A DNA stretch of 64,000 nucleotides from Schizochytrium sp. TIO01 (Eukaryota > Protista > Bigyra: Labyrinthulomycetes): contig SMSO01000037.1 of the NCBI GenBank assembly GCA_004764695.1, positions 1,278,747 through 1,342,746 of the forward strand, read 5' to 3'. The first letter of the stretch is position 1. Each line of letters begins with the position of its first letter. The position numbers and the translations under genes are program-made. Of the stretch, positions 48,147 through 57,016 are shown one piece after another. Below the pieces are notes generated by a model. The model made no database searches, was not told where the DNA came from, and saw nothing but the letters and a program-made list of their open reading frames with translations.

Positions 48147-49337
48147 TTAGTAGTTCTCAGGAAAACGGCCAATACCCAAGACCTGGTGAACGTCCTTCAT
48201 GGTATGTGAAGCCACCTCGGCGGCACGGTCGGCACCATCATCAAGAACCTTAAAGATGGCGGATTTGTCGTTCATGTGGCGCTTAATCTCATCTCCAATT
48301 GGGCAGATAACGTCAATGAGAGCCTCTGCGACGTCTGACTTGAGCTCAGAGCACAAACGACCGTGATAGTTCATTAGCTCGTCCTCAAGTGTTGTGCCGC
48401 GGACTCCGGCCAGGATAGTCAAGAGGTTAATCACAGCTGGGCGATCACTGCGACGGTCGTTGCGCGAAATAGATCCCATGTTATCGGTGACAGCACGGCG
48501 GATTTTGGTGGAAATCTCATCCTTAGTGTCAGTAAGATTGATGCGCGAGTTAGCCACAGGGTCAGATTTACTCATCTTCGACATGGGATTGCGGAGACTC
48601 ATGATGCGAGCAGCCCCACTCTCGGGATAGATGGCATCTGGGAGTCTAAAAAGTTGAAAGTCAGCGCGATCGTTAAGGCGAGCAGCCATGTCACGCGTGA
48701 ATTCGAGGTGCTGCATTTGGTCATCACCAACGGGTACGTGCGTAGGGTTGTACAGAAGAATGTCCGCTGCCATGAGAGATGGGTACGTGTACAGACCAGC
48801 CGATGCGGCATCGCGCTTGCTGCCAGCCTTCTCCTTGAACTGTGTCATACGGTTGAGCCTTCCAATGGATGAATAGCACTGCATGATCCAGCCCAGCTCG
48901 GAGTGAGCTGCGACGCGAGACTGCTGGAAGAGCACGCTCTTCTGGGGGTCAAGGCCACACGCAAGAAATGAAGCGGCCAATTCAAGAGATTTTTGCCTCA
49001 AAGTACCAGGCTCTTGAGGCACAGTCATTGCGTGCAAATCTGCAATCATGAAGAGCACCTGGCCGTCGGTCTTTGAAGCTCTTGCGGCATAGGAAAGCTC
49101 GCCATTAGGCTCCTGCATGACCTCGCGAAGACCATTCTCGTAGTCCTCAATGGCGTGGAGCTTATCCTCTTCATGAAGAGCATAACCATCGACAGAAAGC
49201 ACGCTGTCCACACGAGAGGAGCTCGTCACGGTCTTTTGGAGCCAAATCCAGCTCCTCAAAGCGCCCAAGTAGTTACCTAGTGTCGGCACGCCACTTGGTT
49301 GAATACCAGACAGCACCTGACGAACCACCGACGCCAT
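48147..49337 (-). CDS. WARS2: Tryptophanyl-tRNA synthetase, bacterial/mitochondrial type
   Basis: SGIQPSG..TLGNYLGA (HIGH-like), ADLHAMT, RMTQFKEK, YPSLMAADILLY, VPVGDDQMQHLE and KMSKSD. Confidence 0.95.
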   Translation of the reverse strand: MASVVRQVLSGIQPSGVPTLGNYLGALRSWIWLQKTVTSSSRVDSVLSVDGYALHEEDKLHAIEDYENGLREVMQEPNGELSYAARASKTDGQVLFMIADLHAMTVPQEPGTLRQKSLELAASFLACGLDPQKSVLFQQSRVAAHSELGWIMQCYSSIGRLNRMTQFKEKAGSKRDAASAGLYTYPSLMAADILLYNPTHVPVGDDQMQHLEFTRDMAARLNDRADFQLFRLPDAIYPESGAARIMSLRNPMSKMSKSDPVANSRINLTDTKDEISTKIRRAVTDNMGSISRNDRRSDRPAVINLLTILAGVRGTTLEDELMNYHGRLCSELKSDVAEALIDVICPIGDEIKRHMNDKSAIFKVLDDGADRAAEVASHTMKDVHQVLGIGRFPENY

Positions 49338-50270
49338 AGTTCAAGACCCAAATCCTCGCAATCTAGTTCACAGGAAACTACAAATATGCACGCACGCTCT
49401 TCCCAAGCGTCTTAGCGTGGGCAAGCTTAATCTCCAAACGTCTAATACTCAATCCGTTTGTTTCTTTCTTTGCCGCTTTGTTGGCTTGGCAAATCGCTCG
49501 TTCTACAACCAAAGCAAAGCAAACATCTGCAACTACTAGCAGCAGTACCTTTTCACTACGATTACTATTTACAATTATTACTTTGCTTTCGCTTTTATTG
49601 TTCATATTCATAAGACTGGAACTACTATTCCGCTCCTACTGTCATCTACCGCATTCCCCAAGACCTGTTCTGCAGCCACAAACAACTCTAGTGACTATTA
49701 TGCACAAGCACAGCTGAAAGAATCAGCATAATAATATGCAAGGTTGAGGCAGACTTGCAGCTCCAACTTACGGGAGGCATGCATGCAGGAACGTTACGCG
49801 GACCTGAAGGTCGAATAAGCGGCGGTACAGACGAGTGTACGTGGACCATAGCTTTGGTTGCCAGGGTTGCTGCACTTCAACAATTTGAGGCAGACCAGTA
49901 GACGCATAAAAATGTGCTCCAGTTTCCCAAAATTACCGGAGAGCAAAGTCCGAAGTTCACATGTTCTGGGTTGTATGTTTGCTTGAGAATATCATCTGGA
50001 TTATGGAGGACTGAAGATCAGACGAACCCGGTGAGAGGCATGAGAGACTGGTTCAGCTCCTGACGCTCGGATCATTAATATAGGAGATGCGTGAAAACTG
50101 GTGTCGAAACTCTCAGTGTGATGGTACGCAGAAACTCGAAGATTTCACAAAAGAACTTGGGAATAAATTATTGGTGAAAGGATCATCGACAAAAGTTAAG
50201 ATCAGATTGAAATAAAATCTATGAGCAAAGTCTTACTTAAAAGTCAATGCACGAGGCCTATCTTTTGGGC

Positions 50271-51272
50271 TCATGAAAGGTTCGGTCTATATAGATGAAG
50301 TGGAAAACTCTCGGTAAGAATGGTGTCGTCACCCAATGTAATGAGGAGATTCAACTCGAATTCAACTTGAAATTGCCCTGATTTTACCGAGGCACATGTA
50401 TAGTGTCGAGGTAAGAGCATATATAAAGGTATGGACAAGGCGTGGCACACATCTCCGTCTGCCACCTGAGTACTTTGAATTTCAGTTGCCTCTCGCGCAA
50501 GGCCTTCGGAATATTTGATACTCTCAATTCGAATGAGTTGCAGATCAATAGAACGGAGAGGTACTTCGGATTCTTCTACCAGAATCTCTCCCGTCAATGG
50601 CTGGTCAACAGGGCATACTAGTTGGTCAAGATGCCCAGTGATACGAAAGTGCGGAATGCGCGCGCGCTGAGCTGGGCTAATTTCTTCGAGAGTATCCGGG
50701 TTAATATTAAAGGGTGTGGGTTGTGGTTGCTGGCCTAGGGAGAGGTACTCAGCTTCTCCGGCACCTGGAATTTCTACAAATATTTCGGTATGGTCCGTAA
50801 GTGTGGATGAAAGAAGACCACGTGTCGCCTCCACCTTTAGCACATAAGCGGTTGTTATGTACACCCCGTGATAAGTCTCGTGCATTTCAAAAGTGCGTGA
50901 AGATGAAGAATGAGATAACAATGGTAGCACTTCAGGGCTTCCCAAGGGTGGATTCTGATGGCTTGGTAAAACAATTTCGAATGGGATGTCTGTGATACCT
51001 TGCTGTACACGTTTACCCTTTGCCAGAATGGTCTCCTTTTCAAGAAATACATGGGGCTTAATAGAGCTGTAGAATGCCTCTAATAGACTGATGCTCTGAG
51101 CACTGAGTTGGAGGTTGCTTGCTCCATGGAGCAGTATACGCACTGTGCTCAAATCTATACTTGTATGGTGTGTGCGAATACGAACAATACCTTTGACAGT
51201 ACTGCCTGGTACAAAGGTCTTGTCGCGCTTATCTAGAAGAAGCTCTGCTGAAGAATATGTAATGGGATCCAT
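50271..51272 (-). CDS. VPS26C: VPS26C / DSCR3 (retriever complex, arrestin fold)
   Basis: Motifs LEAFYSSIKP, ETYHGVYI, LRSIDLQLIRIES, REATEIQSTQVADGDVC, IPLYMLLPRHYTC and FQVEFELNL. First ATG is at 51272. Confidence 0.92.
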   Translation of the reverse strand: MDPITYSSAELLLDKRDKTFVPGSTVKGIVRIRTHHTSIDLSTVRILLHGASNLQLSAQSISLLEAFYSSIKPHVFLEKETILAKGKRVQQGITDIPFEIVLPSHQNPPLGSPEVLPLLSHSSSSRTFEMHETYHGVYITTAYVLKVEATRGLLSSTLTDHTEIFVEIPGAGEAEYLSLGQQPQPTPFNINPDTLEEISPAQRARIPHFRITGHLDQLVCPVDQPLTGEILVEESEVPLRSIDLQLIRIESIKYSEGLAREATEIQSTQVADGDVCHALSIPLYMLLPRHYTCASVKSGQFQVEFELNLLITLGDDTILTESFPLHLYRPNLS

Positions 51273-53010
51273 TTTGTGATGAGTAAACTTAAAACTAACG
51301 TGTGAAAATCCTTCACCCTGACTAACCAAATCTTGGAGGAAACCCCGCGTTGAACCAGGAAACCTCAAGTACTATTTTCCCTTGGCCATGCGTCTATTAC
51401 AAACTAAGATTGTACCAGTCAAGGCAGAGACAACTATGCCTCAGTAGTTCTGCTCTCTATTTTCGTTCTGAGCCAGGGTTTCGTCTGGCTGTGTGATTCA
51501 GGGGATCGAATCGTTGCTAACTTTCCTTGCCTAGATGCTCTTTGTCGAGCCCTACGAGACTACACTTGCTTCCTTATTTTACAAAGATGTATCTTTGGAC
51601 ACAAACCATTAGATTTCGCACGGTACGAAGTCCGCCTTCGTGCTTCTATGACACAGATTACTGGTTCAGCCGAAGGCCCGCAAACAAGAGAATCCTTCTT
51701 TGAAAACCTGTTTTGGCTTTGTGGACTTGTGTACCTACTGATATATTGGATAAAGTTAGGGTGACTGGTAGCGAATATACTAGAATCACATAATCATCAC
51801 TAAGGAGCAAATATATAGGAATCATATTACTTATGCAATGCAAAACTATGCATTATCAAAAAACTGAGTTAGTTTTTGTATATTGATGCCTTGCCTTAAT
51901 ATATGAGCCTTGGATTGTCTTGACTTGAAAAGTCTTAGATTTTTATTAAGGAAAAAATTGAACGGAATGTAGATCTGCTGTGGAAATTCATGAGAATTGA
52001 AGCATGCGCGCCAAAGCTAGCTATGACTATGACGAAGAGAAGCAGCCATTTCAAAGCGAGCTTAGATCATTATCATTTTGTATAGGGCATGCAGCTGATG
52101 TCCAAACTTTTACGAATGCCATTCTTTACGGGGTTGTAATATTTATAAATTTGAAGGTTAGAATCCTAGTGCGCTATGGCAATTCGAATGAAAAGAATCT
52201 ACGAGCATTTGTACGAGCTAAAAGCATTCACTTTTCGCGTATTCACAAATGAAATCGTCAAAATGATATACCATGATTCTATAAATTCCTGCAGGAGACT
52301 AGGTCAATCGGATACTTTTTAAACATGAAAAACTTCACTGTATGAAATATGGAGTCTTAGTAGTATTATACCGATGATGTTTCAAATTTTACAAAGGTAA
52401 AAATGTTTCTCTCGCCCAGAAGAGGCGCATCCGAGTTTTCAAGTTGCCTGCTTAACATGCAATCGTTTCAGAGGTCATTTTGAAAACTTGGTGCTTGGCC
52501 CGAGCTGCAGTCAGTGATAAAAAAAATTGAATCTGAGTTCATAGGATAGCAGTATGAATGGTTCGTGCATGAGGTGCAATTTTTTTTATTACAAAGGCAG
52601 ATCTCTTACAGATATTTTAGATGAAATCAAGAAACTCTAGTTGTGATAATTATCGAGAATCCTTAACCACATCTTGAGTCACACGGATGCCCGGTTATTG
52701 ACGAGCAGCAGGCGAGTTTTCGCAGTGAAAATGTTACTTTAAAGCTGAATTTATAAGCAGATTGTTCAAAGTCATTTAGATATTATAAGCCTTGGTCCAA
52801 CCGCTGACTCTTATTCATCGGTTACTAAAGCAGATCCCTGGCTCTGTAAGGCAATGTTTTCCTTCTCAACGGTGCCCAAGCAACGTTTATTTGCTAGCTG
52901 ATCTGTCTGCGGTTGACCTTTAGTGATCTGTATTTATTCAAACTAAGTATCAAACATTTCATTCATTTAAAGATAAGTATTATTAAATATATATTTGAGC
53001 TTTCGTCGTC

Positions 53011-53190
53011 TCATGATACGGGTCGCAGGGAGTCTTCGTGTCCAACAAGGTCAAAGCCGGCTATACACCCAGAATACTTCTTCTCGAGGCAGGACTTAGT
53101 ATTCGGCATTTCTGGGGAGCAAATCTGGAGTCTGGAGACCGTACCAAGCCATCTTGGCACCAATAAAGCGAGGGTTTCTCTCCTGATCAT
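53011..53190 (-). pseudogene. Short relic of an adenosine deaminase 2 / ADGF (CECR1-like) gene
   Basis: One frame reads EKKYSGCIAGFDLVGHEDSLRP (ADGF motif AGFDLVGxED). An overlapping upstream frame reads ERNPRFIGAKMAWYGL (ADGF motif P.FIG.K.I), in the expected order. The piece is frameshifted, bounded by stops, and no other part of the gene is visible. Confidence 0.7.
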
Positions 53191-55427
53191 CCTCATTGCC
53201 GAGCATTGTTATTCAGTGGTAACATAGCTAGATTGAGTGCTGGGGCTGCTGTCCAACAAAGGTATCTGCATTTCCAGTGTTGTTGAATAATAATCGCTCA
53301 GCAATAATTGCTTATAGGCGAAGGTGAATTGTCTCTAATTTGGTCATTGCAGCACAGCATCATATCCTTCGAGGCTGGTTGATCGCTCTTTAATTTAATA
53401 ATTCGGGCTCTCTCTTTGGATTTGGACGAATCATTCATTAAGCTTCTATCGTAACGCTAGCTGTAGAAACAGCGCACTTCAATTGAGTTTCATTGAGTTC
53501 CTAACATAAAGCATGGCTTGGCCGGCGAGAAGTCGGGCGTCAGTATACTGCTTGCTATACAGACTGAGTGCAGAAAAGACTCTTCTCCTCACGCACGAGC
53601 TCGGCAGCGACAAACTTGAAACGCCCTGAAGTGCAATAAGGGAGCCTCCTAAGTCGTGAGCAAAGAAGAAAGTTCACGGCCAGTTGAAGTTGCAGAAATG
53701 ACAGCCAATCTTTTTTTGACAGGTTGATTTCAACTTGTTAGTTTTCTGTCGTCCAATATGACAAAGCGAAATTGGCGGCATAAGAGGGGAAAAACTATCA
53801 CGCACTAACGTTTACTAAGACCCCCCAATCCCAGGTCCCGTGAAATTCCACATTCAGCCTTCCGGACCAAACTATGCACGAGGGTGTATCTTGCGAAACC
53901 ATGCTTACTGTGGCAGAAGGTTGGCAGGACAGTGGAAACTTTGGCACAAGTGAGCTATCGTGCTTCTCCACAACTAGGTTATACAGAAAATAATGAACTA
54001 TACTCTGTACTCAAGTGGGGACAAAGCGAGGTGAGGATGGAAGAAAGAAAAGGAAACTAATTAGGTAACTTCGAGTTGGTAGTACCTCTACTCTTCTGCG
54101 TACACATACATACCTATATGCAAAGAATGTAAAACCATGGGAAAATAGCGAGTTTGACGCTAATTGGATTCTTGCGAATCGACAATTTCATCACGAAGAA
54201 AGACTTCTGCAACTTGAAATAGACCATACGCTCAGCTAGGGATGCAGTTTCAGATGTAGGTGCATCGCATAAACGGCATCGTTATGGTCCGCATCTCTAA
54301 CACTCCGCTCAGAAACTGAAACCAATGGCCTAGCGCTCACGTAAGCACTGGTACACCTTAAAATTTCCCATCACCACGGGAGAAAGGAATTCCATATTCT
54401 ATGAAATAAACACCTAATTTTATTAAATTAAAAAAACACACAGAAGAAGCCATCGAGACTCCAAGTTGCTACAGAAGCCAGGCGGCCGTGGCTGCAGGCT
54501 GTCTTCAATGGCCGGATAGGGACAAGCTAAAGGCGAGCTGCATTTATCTCCCACATATCTCGGCTGTTTCGCGACCCGATGCCAAGCTTAAGGCCATCCG
54601 AATCGATGGGCTCCTCCAGGTCCACTCAAAGAATGCCTTTCCTTTCTTTTCTCTTTGGTGAAAAGAGAAAAGAGAAAAGAAGAAGAATAAATAAGAACGA
54701 ACTTGAACAAAGGTGAACGAACTATTCATTGTGGTTTTTCTTACTTTGTAGAAAGAAAGTGCTGAGACGAATATTTATTGCCGCGCCAGTGCTACAGTAT
54801 TCGTTAGTCCCCCTTGGATAAAGGTGAGCTAAACCTCATTGGAACAGTGCGGAAACTTGCCAAGACCTCGAGTTCTCTTCAAGAGGCCCTCGAGGCCTGG
54901 CAGGCTTTCGCCAATGCCATAGCCTATACGCCTGGGGCCTGAGCCACCTGCTTCAGCTGCTCATTTGAGGCTGCCTCGCTTCTTTTCCTGCGGCCAAAAG
55001 CTGTCTTTGCTGGCCTGAGGATCCGGTTTCTTCTTCTTCTTCATCATCAGCACCTCAAGTCCTAGCGCCTATCTAACTACTTCTACAGCAAGAATGCCAT
55101 CAATTCTCCTCCTTTGTCTTCTTCACGTTTCTGCTACTTTTAATGAATTTGGTTGAATTAAAAACAATAATTAATTTAGAAAACAAATGAACAAATTGAA
55201 TGAATGATGAACGACGAATGACAGATCATAAGAACAGCGATAAGAGTCGAAAGTGATGGGAAAAAGGTCCACGCACCTCGTTTCAACTTTCCATGGGAAA
55301 CCAAAATAGGCTCTGCGTTCGTCCCTGATCGATCGAGGCCATGCTCAGGAGAGTGCCTTTGGGAGCCAAGGTGTCACGAGAACGAGGCATTGCAGAGGGT
55401 GGACGCCTAAGAGAGAGGGCGTCATCA

Positions 55428-55915
55428 AATGTAATGTGATGTAATGTAATGTAATATAATGTAATGTAATGCAATGTAATGCGATGCGATGCAATAATAA
55501 CCAACTCGCTAATGCTGCCTTAGCAGGGGGTAGGTACTAGGCAGTAGGTAGGTAGGCAGGTAGGACTGCCGCTCACAGAGGACAATTAAGGTCGCTGAGC
55601 AGAGCAGTGAATAAGTGAGGGAGAAGAAAGATCAGAAGAAGAAGAAGAAGAAGAAGAAGAAGAAGAAGAAGAGACCTCGAACAGCGCTCGAAGCAAAGCA
55701 CTCTGGGCCTCGCATGCGAAAGGTACCGGCGTACGCCTCTGCGTGCAAAAGAGGCGTCTGCGCAAGAGAAAGGCCCGATTGAAACGAAGACGACACCTTC
55801 ACGATCCGATTCTTTCTTTTCTCTATCGAAGCTTGGAGCGAACTTGAGAATCCATCCTTCATTCATGAGCTTTTCTTTCTTTTATGGCAGAAGAAAGAGA
55901 AAAGGAAAGAAAGAC

Positions 55916-55967
<52 letters not shown>

Positions 55968-56950
55968 TGAACTAACCTGAACTAAGTAAATAAATGGCAC
56001 AGAGTTCTCGTTGACTTGATAACGCCGCGATGAGCTTGCCTTCGACGATACGATACGATTTGGTGATGCTCCAGCGATGATAAATATGGTCGGAGCGCCC
56101 CGGAGTTCTCGCTGCGTGGCCACTCACTTGGTCGGTCAGTCAGTCAGTCAGACATACTCACAGCTTTCGCTCGAAGACCCGCGGTCCCATCAAATGAGCT
56201 CTTCACGGTAGCAGAACTAAAATGGCATGTTTTCTGACGCTTCTTCTTCTTTGTACATTGAGCTCTCTCTCTCTCTCAAGTTCGTTCGTAGGATCGTATA
56301 GGAGAATCAACAAATTGTTTACTCTAAACTTTGTTTATTTTATCCTTGACATTGGCTTCTATGGTGCTACAGAGGCCCTAAGGAGTCCTACACTCATTCC
56401 CTGTTCAAAGAGGATTTCCGCGACACATACATTTTTGAAAGAAAGAAAGAAAGAAAGAGAGAAAGAAAGAAAGAAAGAAAGAAATGGCTATTGAACAGAA
56501 AGCACAATACCATAATTGCTAGCACCGAAAGAGCGGAGGAGCGCGGCGAGGAGGCATCCCTCGAGCCCTCCCTCCGCGGAGACGAGCGCCAGGGCCTGCG
56601 CAGTTGACACCGACCAGACCTCCCTCGAGAGCGAGGTCCACTCGGCCGTCTCCCTCGCGGTGCGGTCTCTTCGCGCATGCGCTCATTGGACTCCTTCCCT
56701 CCATAGAAAAAAAGAGAGAAAGCAAGTCCAAGAAAACTATTGAAAAGAGCTCTCTCTCTCTCTCTCTCATACTGATTAGTAAACCTATACATACGAAGGT
56801 CAATCAAATTCGAAGCCGAAGTCGAAGTCGAACTTGAGCTCAAGCTCAAACCCAAATTTGGACTGGAAGCTCGAGGTTCAAGTCAAAGCCAGACTCACAC
56901 TCGAGGTTGGACTTGGACCCACTGGACGCTCGCGTCGAACTCGCACGGGT
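55428..56950 (+). repeat. Microsatellite-rich region upstream of the 57017 gene
   Basis: (AATGT)n 55428-55492, (GAA)n 55634-55672, (GA)n 55922-55964, (GAAA)n 56437-56483, (CT)n 56750-56768 and a degenerate hexamer array at about 56810-56920. Confidence 0.9.
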
Positions 56951-57016
56951 GCTCTCGGCGGGGTCGTTTGGTTGGCGAGGGGCCCCGGATCCTCTCCCCT
57001 ATAGATCGAAGGCACA

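Noticed and set aside
56810-56950. Hexamer-period array (GAAGTC/GAGCTC-like) considered as CRISPR-like or coding repeat
   Set aside because: No spacer structure or cas genes, and it is not in frame with the 57017 ORF (in-frame TAG at 57002); it is a degenerate microsatellite.
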